Under the pieces are notes generated by a model, which worked only from the letters and a program-made list of their open reading frames with translations, made no database searches and had not been told where the DNA came from. The translations under genes and the position numbers were made by a program. Shown one piece after another: positions 8,079 to 16,630 of a stretch of DNA of 48,759 bases (positions within the stretch are counted from its first letter, which is position 1; every line of letters begins with the position of its first letter). Origin of the DNA: Thermoplasmata archaeon (GTDB lineage Archaea; Thermoplasmatota; Thermoplasmata; RBG-16-68-12). The stretch is taken from positions 1 to 48,759 of the forward strand of contig DATBXC010000186.1 in NCBI GenBank assembly GCA_036514455.1, in the 5' to 3' direction.

Positions 8079-11000
8079 TTGGAAGTGGTACCCGAAGCCC
8101 CCGCGGCGCCGCCTCAGGGGACACCTCCGGAGCCCGAGAAGAAACGGAAGAAACTCCTCGCGCTCGTTCTGGCGGTGGTGATCGTGCTTGCGACAATCGG
8201 GATCGCCGCCGTGCTCGTGACCACGAGCCGACCGCCGTCGCGGATCCTCGGCCGGGTCGAGGTCGTTCCGCCCACCTCCACAATTGGGGTCGGGGGAACG
8301 AAGGTGTACACCGCCCTCGCGTACGACGCGGCGGACGCCCCGATCAGCTTCACGGCCCTCAGCGTCCAGTGGTCCGTCGCGCCCGCCTCGCTCGGGACGT
8401 TCACGAACGTCACGGCCGTGAACACCGTTTTCACGGGCTCGGAGGCCGGCACGGGGACCATTACTGCGCAGGTCACGTTCGAGGGACAGACGAAATCGGG
8501 GACGGCGACGATCACAGTGGTTGCGGAATCGAACTGGGCCACCGTCCTGGAATTCACAGGGCTCCCCGCTTCTGCGAAGGTGGGCGCGGCCCTGACGGGC
8601 ACGGTACGCATCCTGGACCGGTTCTCGCAGCCGTACGCGGACTACGTCGGCACGGTCCGGTTCACGTCCGCACCCCCGGTCGGCGCGACGTTGCCCGCGG
8701 CCTACCCGTTCACCGCGGGGGACGCCGGGACTCACACTTTCACGAACGGGTTCACCTTCACGAACCCCGGCTCGTATACGGTGACGGCGCGGGACGCGGC
8801 GAACGCCACCCTGACCGCGACGCTGAGCATCACGATCAACCCGTTGGTGGCTCCCGTCGCGGGCGCGACGGCGACGGAGAACCGGTTCGTCGTGTCCTTC
8901 GATGGATCCCTTTCTTCGGACGCCGACGGGACGATCGTGTCCTTCTCCTGGGATTGGGGGGACGGCACGCCCGCCGGGAGCGGGGTGGCGCCCACCCACA
9001 CGTACGCGGGTCAGGGCACCTATACCGTGACCCTCACCGTGACGGACGACGACGCCCTCACGGACACGTTCGGGCTGACCGTTTCCCTGTGGCCGCCGGT
9101 CGCCGCATTCACCGTCGGGTTCGCCGGGATGACCGTCAATGTGGACGCATCGACGACGACGGACGCGGATGCGAACATCGTCTCGTACTCCTGGGACTGG
9201 GGCGATGGGACCCTCGCGGGCAGCGGCGTCACCGCGAGCCACACGTATGCCGCGGAGGGAGCCTATTCGATCACCCTGACGGTGACCGACGCGGACGGGT
9301 TCACGGACTCTGCCCCGCAATCGATCAGCTTGCGGCGCCCCACGGCGAGTTTCACCGCCTCGATCCCTCGGGAGTCCGTCAGTGTCGACGCGTCCGCCTC
9401 CTCGGACCCGGACGGGACAATCGTCGTGTACTCCTGGGACTGGGGCGATGGGACCCCCGCGGGCAGCGGCGTCACCGCCGTCCACACGTATATGACCGCG
9501 GGCTCGAAGACGATCGTCCTCACCGTCACGGACGATCAGGGTCTCCAGGGAAGCACGTCCCAGACCGTCCTCCCGCGGTTCGCCCCCGTCGCGTGCTTCG
9601 TCGCATCGACGAACCTCCTCGTCGTGGATGTGGACGCGGCCTGCACGACGGACGTGGATGCGAACATCGTCTCGTACTCCTGGGACTGGGGCGACGGGAC
9701 GCCCGCGGGGAGCGGCGTGACCGCGACGCACACATACGGGGCCGCGGGGACGTACACGATCACCCTGAACGTCACGGATGCGGATGGGTTCTGGAGTCTC
9801 GCCTCGAGGGATGTCACCGTGAGCGGGACCCTGTTCCCGCCCGTCCCGTGCTTCACCCTGCTCGTGAACGGAGCGGCGGAGCGCCTGGAGGTCGATGCGA
9901 GTTGCTCGTCCGACGCGGACGGGTTCATCGCCACGTACTCCTGGGACTGGGGCGACGGGACGCCCGCGGGGAGCGGCGTGACCGCGACCCACGTGTACGC
10001 TTCCCCTGGGCTGTACCCGGTCAACTTGACCATTACGGACGACGACGGACTGGTGAACTGGACCGTCCAGTCCGTCTCGTGGTTCCCGCCGACCGCGTGC
10101 TTCGCGGTCTCCCGCAATGGATACACGGTCAACGTCGACGCGACATGCTCGTCGGATTCCGACGGACCCATCGCCACGTACTCCTGGGACTGGGGCGACG
10201 GGACGCCCGCGGGAAGCGGCGTGACCGCGAGCCACACGTACGCGGGCCCCGGCGTGTACGCGATCACTCTTGCGGTCGCCGACACCGATGGGTTCCGCCG
10301 GACCACGCCGTCATCCGTGTCGATGTTCCCGCCCGCGGCCCTGTTCGACCTCTCCACAGTGCTGTTCACGGTCAACGTCGACGCGTCCGCCTCCTCGGAC
10401 CCGGACGGGACGATCGTCTCGTTTTCCTGGGACTGGGGCGACGGGACGCCCGCGGGAAGCGGCGTGACCGCGACGCACACATACGCGGGCGCGGGCAGGT
10501 ACACGGTGGCCTTGACGGTCACGGACAACGACGGGTTCACGGCCTCGGCGCAAAAGGATGCGAGCGTGAACGGGACGACGCTCGACTACACCTTCTACGA
10601 CTTCTTCAACGTCCCGCTCGACACGTGGTGGACGGACACCCAGCAGCGCCAGCGCGTGTACGGGGACGTCGTCCTCAACAACGCGTACCCGTACATCACG
10701 TGGTATCCGTGGGCGGAGGACCGGAACGACCCCACGATTTACACGATGTACAGGATGGATGTCGAGGGCCGGAACCTCCCCGGCTACTCGGTCGACGACC
10801 CGGTGATGCTCCCAAGGTTCGGACCGAACCTCCCGGGCGGCTCCGTCCAGATGGACCTGTACATGCAGTACGTCTCGAATGCCCGCCGGAACGATCTCCG
10901 GACTTCCTGCATCTTCATCCCGGCCGGCAACATGGACGGGTTCATCATCGAAGTCCAAGGCACGTTCACGATGAACACATCCACGTCGCGAGAGCTGTTC

Positions 11001-11888
11001 AACGTCGTCGGCGACCCCGCCACATGGTGGCCGGCGAACACGCAGCCCGGCTGCACGAACTATGGGGCGTTCGAGTCCCAGTACGAGACGTGGCTGATGA
11101 ACCAGGGGAACGTCGTGTACGACGTCTACAACGCGTTCGAGTACACGTACTCGCCCTGGGTCACAGACATCTCCGCCACCTACGACGCGGTGAGCGACGT
11201 CACCACGGTGACGTTCCACCACATTACGTGGGGCGGCGAGGTGTTGTACGCCCGCTGGTTCTACTGGGGGACCACAGATTACGCGGCCGGGACCCCGATG
11301 GGATGGTGGGGCCAGGAGCTCGGCTGGTTCGAGAACTGGACCTTCAACGCAACGATATCGAACGACCTCGACTTCCGCCTCACGACCGCGCTCGCGTACC
11401 AGTTCAGCAACGTCGGGACGATCGGCAACGATGGGATCTGGAACACCGCGGACGACAACTCGACGTGGGTCTGGGAGCCAATGCTCATGGACTATTTGTA
11501 TCAGACCATCGCGCACCCGCGGTCGGAGCTGACGCCGTACCAGGCCCGCCAGTACCTGCACACACAAATCGGGAGCATCTACTACGGAACGAACTACCGG
11601 TACGAGTACGTCCCGATCACATGGAACCTCCGTCTCGGCGGAACGTGGACGTTCAAGTTCCCGACGGGCTCCGTGTGGTTCTACGACCCGTTCCCGAGCC
11701 TTGAAAACTCCAATCCGGCCGACCTTGTCCACTACGCGACGTCGTGGACCCTCGACAGTACGGTCCCTCCGGGAATCGGCACGTGGGACCCGTCCACGTA
11801 CACACTCCGAGTTGTCGGTCCGACGAACATCGTCGCGCCTCCGAACCCGGACTTCGGGCAGCCGATCGTGGTGATGCGGCCCGGGTAG
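8079..11888 (+). CDS. large N-anchored surface protein B: Big_2 + Ig-like + 7 PKD repeats + unrecognised Trp/Tyr-rich module
   Basis: Pro-rich N-tail, KKRKK, then a single TM (LLALVLAVVIVLATIGIAAVLV). Big_2-like block ends in ...GTATITVV. Seven WDWGDGT...HTY...TVTD PKD units. The C-terminal ~435 aa are paralogous to A and C. Confidence 0.85.
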   Translation: MEVVPEAPAAPPQGTPPEPEKKRKKLLALVLAVVIVLATIGIAAVLVTTSRPPSRILGRVEVVPPTSTIGVGGTKVYTALAYDAADAPISFTALSVQWSVAPASLGTFTNVTAVNTVFTGSEAGTGTITAQVTFEGQTKSGTATITVVAESNWATVLEFTGLPASAKVGAALTGTVRILDRFSQPYADYVGTVRFTSAPPVGATLPAAYPFTAGDAGTHTFTNGFTFTNPGSYTVTARDAANATLTATLSITINPLVAPVAGATATENRFVVSFDGSLSSDADGTIVSFSWDWGDGTPAGSGVAPTHTYAGQGTYTVTLTVTDDDALTDTFGLTVSLWPPVAAFTVGFAGMTVNVDASTTTDADANIVSYSWDWGDGTLAGSGVTASHTYAAEGAYSITLTVTDADGFTDSAPQSISLRRPTASFTASIPRESVSVDASASSDPDGTIVVYSWDWGDGTPAGSGVTAVHTYMTAGSKTIVLTVTDDQGLQGSTSQTVLPRFAPVACFVASTNLLVVDVDAACTTDVDANIVSYSWDWGDGTPAGSGVTATHTYGAAGTYTITLNVTDADGFWSLASRDVTVSGTLFPPVPCFTLLVNGAAERLEVDASCSSDADGFIATYSWDWGDGTPAGSGVTATHVYASPGLYPVNLTITDDDGLVNWTVQSVSWFPPTACFAVSRNGYTVNVDATCSSDSDGPIATYSWDWGDGTPAGSGVTASHTYAGPGVYAITLAVADTDGFRRTTPSSVSMFPPAALFDLSTVLFTVNVDASASSDPDGTIVSFSWDWGDGTPAGSGVTATHTYAGAGRYTVALTVTDNDGFTASAQKDASVNGTTLDYTFYDFFNVPLDTWWTDTQQRQRVYGDVVLNNAYPYITWYPWAEDRNDPTIYTMYRMDVEGRNLPGYSVDDPVMLPRFGPNLPGGSVQMDLYMQYVSNARRNDLRTSCIFIPAGNMDGFIIEVQGTFTMNTSTSRELFNVVGDPATWWPANTQPGCTNYGAFESQYETWLMNQGNVVYDVYNAFEYTYSPWVTDISATYDAVSDVTTVTFHHITWGGEVLYARWFYWGTTDYAAGTPMGWWGQELGWFENWTFNATISNDLDFRLTTALAYQFSNVGTIGNDGIWNTADDNSTWVWEPMLMDYLYQTIAHPRSELTPYQARQYLHTQIGSIYYGTNYRYEYVPITWNLRLGGTWTFKFPTGSVWFYDPFPSLENSNPADLVHYATSWTLDSTVPPGIGTWDPSTYTLRVVGPTNIVAPPNPDFGQPIVVMRPG
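8838..10575 (+). repeat. in-frame tandem array of 7 PKD-domain coding repeats (periods 243, 243, 246, 261, 243, 243 nt)
   Basis: The CTGGGA(C/T)TGGGG core recurs at 8948, 9191, 9434, 9680, 9941, 10184 and 10427. Core stretches of about 48-55 nt are identical between neighbouring units, while the flanks diverge. Confidence 0.85.
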
Positions 11889-11936
11889 GCAGGCGCGAGG
11901 CCGTCCCGCTTCGGGAACTAGCGACAGCGATGGGCG

Positions 11937-14003
11937 GTGCCCAGTACGGCGGGTTCGCTAGCTAGAAATAGCGCGCGCACGCTCTCGGAACCGTCCCCTC
12001 AGGTGGTTCCCTTGGCCTCCATTCCCGCCGAAGCCGCCCCGACACGCTCGAAGAAGACCCTGTGGCTGGCCATCGTCGTGATCATGGTCGTCCTCGCGGT
12101 CGGCGGAATCGCGGCGTACGTCCTTCTGGCACCGAGCCCGAACCAGCCACCCGTGGCGGCCTTCACGTACGTCGTGGACGGGCTCGCCCTCTCGGTCAAC
12201 GCGGCGGGCTCGACGGACCCGGACGGGGAGATCGCGTCGTACGCGTGGTCCTGGGGGGACGGCGCGACGGGCTCTGGTAGGAGCGCGACCCATACGTACG
12301 CGTTCGCCAACGTCGTGACGGTGGTCCTGACGGTGACGGACAACGGGGGAGCGACGGGGGATACCTCCCGCTCGATTCAGCTCGAGGACCGTCCCGCGGC
12401 CCGCTTCACCCTCGACCGCGACCTGATGCACGTCGATGTGGACGCGTCTGCGTCCCAAGCCCGGAACGGGACGATTGCGTCGTACGCGTGGGACTGGGGC
12501 GACGGGACGCCCGGCGCGAGCGGCGTCACGGCCGCCCACGACTACCGGGCCCTGGGGAAGTACGACGTGACGCTGAACGTAACGGACAGTCGCGGATCGA
12601 GTTCGACGGCGGTCCGGATCGCCTCGGTGGCGAACTCGACCGTCGACGTCACGATGTCGGGCTTCTTCGAGATCCCCTACGCGGAGTGGTGGTACTCCCT
12701 GCGGGGTCCCGTGTACGGGGACTACGTGCTCGAGAACTCCACGCCCTACACGAACCTGTACCCGTGGGCGGGGGACCTGAACGACACGTTCGTCCACACG
12801 AATTTCCGGGAGACGATCAGGGGCCGGAACCTGAGCGGGTACTCCGTCGCGAACCCCGTGTTCTTCCCCGTCCTGAACGCGTCCGTGGCCCCCGCCCCCG
12901 GCGCCACGGCGGATGTGGACTGGTATCTGCAGTACATCGACACCCCTCGGAAGAGCCAGCTGACCGCGAGCGGGTGGTTCATCTCCGCCGGTTGGATGGA
13001 CGGCTTCCTGAGCGAGTGGACGATGTCGGTCACGATGGACTACAACACGAGCCGGAGGGCGTTCAACGTCACCGGGGACCCTGCCGCGTGGTGGGCCGCG
13101 AACACGGTCTCCGGGCCGAACCAGGGCTGGCTCGACAACCTGTACGGGAACTGGCTCGAAACCCAGGGCAAGGACACGCTCGACGTGTGGAACGCGTTCG
13201 AGTGGTACTACACGGCATTCTACATCGATGTGAGCGCGACGGTCCGGACGAACCCGGACGGCTCGAACACGACGGTCGCGAAGGTGTACCTGATCAGCTG
13301 GGGCCAGGAGGTCCTGATCGCCCGTTGGTTCTACTGGGGCAGCGGGACATACCCGGACGGGACCCCCAATGGCTGGCGCAAGGAGGAAGTCGGATGGTTC
13401 GAGGACATGACGTTCAACGGGACGCTGAGCGACCACCTCGACCTCGACCTCACGGGTGTGATGGGGTACCAGTTCGTCGCGATCGCGCACCAGGGCTCGG
13501 ACGGCCTGTGGCGCACGCCGGACGACGTTCCGATGTGGGTCTGGTACCCTCAGCTCATGGACTACATCTACAGCGTGCCGGCCCACCCGAAGTCCGAGCT
13601 CGACCGGTGGACCGGGCTGCAAAAGGTGAACGCCCACCCCGGGACCCCGTACTACGGGCAGCCTTTCCAGATCGACTTTGCGTACGTCGCATGGGACTTG
13701 GTCGCAGGAGAAACGATTACAATCATCATGCCGACGGGGGATATCCGGTGGTACGATCCGTACACGTCGTACTGGGACGCGACGAGGCAGACGCCGAACT
13801 TCTACGGGCCGGACGGTATTCGCGGCACGGCGGACGATGCCGTCTTCCTGGCGCCCGCGAAGTTCCGCGGGATCATCCCGTCCGGCGTCGGATACTGGGA
13901 CGACGCCACGATGACGGGGTACGTCGCCGGACCCGCGACGGTCGGCGGCGGGAACCCGCCCCTCGACGGACTCCCGCGTTTCGAGTTCGTCCCACGAATC
14001 TAG
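11937..14003 (+). CDS. N-anchored surface protein C: 2 PKD repeats + diverged copy of the Trp/Tyr-rich module
   Basis: SKK + TM anchor (TLWLAIVVIMVVLAVGGIAAYVLL). Two W(S/D)WGDG PKD units. The module starts near 12630. The start may be GTG 12003, about 32 nt after a TAGAAATA box. Many N-x-S/T sequons. Confidence 0.8.
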   Translation: MPSTAGSLARNSARTLSEPSPQVVPLASIPAEAAPTRSKKTLWLAIVVIMVVLAVGGIAAYVLLAPSPNQPPVAAFTYVVDGLALSVNAAGSTDPDGEIASYAWSWGDGATGSGRSATHTYAFANVVTVVLTVTDNGGATGDTSRSIQLEDRPAARFTLDRDLMHVDVDASASQARNGTIASYAWDWGDGTPGASGVTAAHDYRALGKYDVTLNVTDSRGSSSTAVRIASVANSTVDVTMSGFFEIPYAEWWYSLRGPVYGDYVLENSTPYTNLYPWAGDLNDTFVHTNFRETIRGRNLSGYSVANPVFFPVLNASVAPAPGATADVDWYLQYIDTPRKSQLTASGWFISAGWMDGFLSEWTMSVTMDYNTSRRAFNVTGDPAAWWAANTVSGPNQGWLDNLYGNWLETQGKDTLDVWNAFEWYYTAFYIDVSATVRTNPDGSNTTVAKVYLISWGQEVLIARWFYWGSGTYPDGTPNGWRKEEVGWFEDMTFNGTLSDHLDLDLTGVMGYQFVAIAHQGSDGLWRTPDDVPMWVWYPQLMDYIYSVPAHPKSELDRWTGLQKVNAHPGTPYYGQPFQIDFAYVAWDLVAGETITIIMPTGDIRWYDPYTSYWDATRQTPNFYGPDGIRGTADDAVFLAPAKFRGIIPSGVGYWDDATMTGYVAGPATVGGGNPPLDGLPRFEFVPRI

Positions 14004-14007
14004 TGGC

Positions 14008-15390
14008 TCAGGCGAACTTGATCCGGTTCCAGGCGGGAATCAGGAGGTCCTGCGTGACCTGGACCCCCACGTCCTCCTGGTAGTCGCACCTCGCGAGGTC
14101 GCCCGCCGTCGGGTAGATTCGGGTGTCCTGGCGCGGGTCGTACCCGTTCGGGTACACGGTGAGCGTCTCGTAGGCGCAATCGTTCGGTGTCGCATACAGG
14201 TTCCAGTCCGTGATCGCGGCGCCCTGGTCGCACGTGAGGAAGAAGTCGATGAACTCGTGCGCGAGCCAGAGGTTTCGGGACTCCCGGTGGATCACGGCGT
14301 TGTCGATCCACCGCGCGCCCCCCTGCTTCGGGACGAGGTAGTTGACGGGGTAGTTCGAGTTCGAATACGGCTGGACCGCGTACATGATGTCCCCCGACCA
14401 CGCGTGGTTCGCGTACGTCGTCTCCTGCACCAGGTACGGCCCCTGGTTCTGGGTATTGAACTGGAGCAGGTTCGGCCTCACCTCTCCTAGCAACATCTGT
14501 TCGACCTCCCCGATCCTCTCCGGACTGGTCTCGTTCTCCGTCCACTGGTACATGCCGTTGTACGGCGGGTTGGGGTTCCGCGGAATCGAAGTCGGCACAT
14601 AGCCGAGGTTCAACTGTTCGTCCCATCCGGCCATCTTCATGCCCGCGCCGAGGACCTCCCGCATGTCGTCCAACATGAGCATCCGGTTCTGGAGCGTGTA
14701 TCCGTTCCACGACGGTCGCCGGAACACGTCCCACCCGAGGCCCTCCATGTCCGCCTCAGAGAACACGGTCGTATTGTACCCGATGCCCGTCGTGCCCCAC
14801 TGGTAGGGGACCGCCATCCGGGAGCCGTCGGGCCGGAACGCGTACGGCGTCCCGAGGGGCGTGCGGAAGTCCCCGAGGGGCTGCCCATCGTCTAGGTTCA
14901 CGAGGTTCGGCAGCCACGCCTCGTTCATGTTGTACAGGAGTCCCGCGCGGTCCATGATCTGGGCCATGTAGTTCGTTGGGAACATGACGTCGAACCGCCG
15001 GCCGGATGCCGTCACCCACGTGAACAACTCCTCGTTGCTCGTGTAGATCTGGGTCCGGACATCGATGTCCCGGTTGTACACCTGCTTGATGTGGTTCTTG
15101 AACGCGACGATGAACGAGCCCGGCCAGTAGTCGTACCACTGCGCGAGGCGGAGCTCGTTCGACGTGAAGACGCCCTCCGGGACCTTCTCGTAGTCCACGA
15201 CCCCGGGCGAGATCTCATAGGACCGAAGCCCGCCCCGGGTCCCATACCGAATGATCCCGTTCAGCAAGCCTCCGCCGAGGGCCGCGACGCCCGCGATCCC
15301 GAGGGCCCCAAGGCCCAGCCTGAGAAACCTCCGGCGGCTCGCATCGAACGGCTTCCCCGGGGGCGTTTCGCTCGCCATCGAACGGTCCAT
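14008..15390 (-). CDS. ABC transporter substrate-binding protein, PotD/PotF-like, twin-arginine signal
   Basis: SRRRFLRLGLGALG Tat-type signal. Family-1 SBP features include AQWYDYWP, SNEELF, FDVMFPTNY and PYQWGTTGIGYN. Confidence 0.8.
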   Translation of the reverse strand: MDRSMASETPPGKPFDASRRRFLRLGLGALGIAGVAALGGGLLNGIIRYGTRGGLRSYEISPGVVDYEKVPEGVFTSNELRLAQWYDYWPGSFIVAFKNHIKQVYNRDIDVRTQIYTSNEELFTWVTASGRRFDVMFPTNYMAQIMDRAGLLYNMNEAWLPNLVNLDDGQPLGDFRTPLGTPYAFRPDGSRMAVPYQWGTTGIGYNTTVFSEADMEGLGWDVFRRPSWNGYTLQNRMLMLDDMREVLGAGMKMAGWDEQLNLGYVPTSIPRNPNPPYNGMYQWTENETSPERIGEVEQMLLGEVRPNLLQFNTQNQGPYLVQETTYANHAWSGDIMYAVQPYSNSNYPVNYLVPKQGGARWIDNAVIHRESRNLWLAHEFIDFFLTCDQGAAITDWNLYATPNDCAYETLTVYPNGYDPRQDTRIYPTAGDLARCDYQEDVGVQVTQDLLIPAWNRIKFA

Positions 15391-15443
15391 TCAGCGAGCG
15401 CACGCGCACGATTTACACTTTCCGGCGCACCCTTAAGACCGTC

Positions 15444-16583
15444 TCACCGGACGACGACCACGTTCTCGGGGTGCCAGCCGATCTGCACGCGGGAGCCGAC
15501 GCCCGCGAACTCGCCGAGGTCGCGGATCTGGACCTGGGCCGTGACCCGGTGGCCCGAGTCGAGTTCCACGATGAGCTTCCCGGAGGACCCCGTGTATACC
15601 TCGTCCACGACCCTCCCCTCGTACCGGTTCTCGCACGGCTGGGCGTCGGGGCCGACGCGGATTTTCTCGGGACGGATGGCGAGGGTCAGCCTCTGGCCTC
15701 GCTCCACCCCGTTCGCGGGGGCCAGCGAGGACATCCCGCCGTGGTCCACGGTCGCCACCCGGTCGACCGCGGTCACCTCCCCGTCGAGCAGGTTCGTCTC
15801 CCCGATGAACCCCGCGACGAACTTCGTCGCGGGTCGCTCGTAGATCGCGCGGGCGTCGCCGACCTGCTCGATGCGGCCCTTGTTCATAATCCCGATGTCG
15901 TCGGACATCGTGAGGGCCTCCTCCTGGTCGTGGGTGACGAAGATGAACGTGATCCCGACGCGCTTCTGGAGCTTCTTAAGCTCCACTTGCATCGCGCGCC
16001 GCAGCTTCAGGTCGAGTGCGCCGAGCGGCTCGTCGAGGAGGAGGACCCGCGGCTCCGTGACGAGGGCCCGCGCGAGGGCGACCCTCTGCCGTTCGCCGCC
16101 GCTCAGCTGCCAGATTCGCCGAGCGCCGTATCCGGGCAGCTCGACCAGGCCGAGGGCGGTCGTCACCCTCGACGTGATCTCCCGCTCCGGGACCCGGCGC
16201 ATTCGGAGCCCGAACGCGATGTTCCCTGCCACATCTAGGTGCGGGAAGAGGGCGAGGCTCTGGAACACCATGCTCGTGTTCCGGAGGTAGGGCGGCAGGT
16301 GGGTGACGCGGGATCCGCCGAGGAGCACCTCGCCCCGGGTCGGCCTCTCCAGGCCGCCGATCATCCGGAGGACCGTCGACTTCCCGCTGCCGCTCGGACC
16401 AAGGAGCGTGAAGAACCGCCCGCGCTCGATTTTGAATGAGACGTCGTTGACGGCCGTCACATCGTTGTCGAACACCTTCACGAGGTGCTGGACCTCGACG
16501 TCATATTCCAAGAGGAATCCCCAGCCCCGTTCCAGGGAGGGCCGGCCTCTATAAAGAGCTTCGCGGCCTGCACCGTTGCCCAT
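15444..16583 (-). CDS. ABC transporter ATP-binding protein, PotA-like
   Basis: Walker A GPSGSGKST, signature LSGGERQRV, Walker B LLLDEPL, and a C-terminal TOBE-like domain. The true start is probably TTG 16511 (LEYDVEVQH...), downstream of a TTTATAG box. Confidence 0.9.
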   Translation of the reverse strand: MGNGAGREALYRGRPSLERGWGFLLEYDVEVQHLVKVFDNDVTAVNDVSFKIERGRFFTLLGPSGSGKSTVLRMIGGLERPTRGEVLLGGSRVTHLPPYLRNTSMVFQSLALFPHLDVAGNIAFGLRMRRVPEREITSRVTTALGLVELPGYGARRIWQLSGGERQRVALARALVTEPRVLLLDEPLGALDLKLRRAMQVELKKLQKRVGITFIFVTHDQEEALTMSDDIGIMNKGRIEQVGDARAIYERPATKFVAGFIGETNLLDGEVTAVDRVATVDHGGMSSLAPANGVERGQRLTLAIRPEKIRVGPDAQPCENRYEGRVVDEVYTGSSGKLIVELDSGHRVTAQVQIRDLGEFAGVGSRVQIGWHPENVVVVR

Positions 16584-16592
16584 GTCTTGTCT

Positions 16593-16625
16593 ATATTAAC
16601 CCCCGCCCCCTTCCCCGGGGCGGGG
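16593..16625 (+). promoter_or_regulatory. TATA box (TATATTA) plus 9-bp GC inverted repeat CCCCGCCCC-N7-GGGGCGGGG just before the permease start
   Basis: TATA at 16593-16599. Inverted-repeat arms at 16601-16609 and 16617-16625. ATG at 16631. The 3' arm overlaps a GGGGAG ribosome-binding-like element. Confidence 0.4.
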
Positions 16626-16630
16626 AGCGA

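Noticed and set aside
7788-10235. 815-aa minus-strand ORF (with similar ORFs at 6611..7933, 9536..10540 and 10311..11732) overlapping the surface-protein genes
   Set aside because: It lies antisense to ORFs with clear domain content (Big_2, PKD). The translation is Arg/Gly/Pro/Asp-rich low-complexity sequence of the kind produced by stop-poor frames in high-GC DNA. It has no recognisable motifs.
8838-10575. Regular ~243-nt periodic repeats considered as a possible CRISPR-like or satellite array
   Set aside because: The period is far too long for CRISPR, and there is no short conserved repeat with unique spacers. The repeats are in frame and translate to canonical PKD domains. No cas genes are present.
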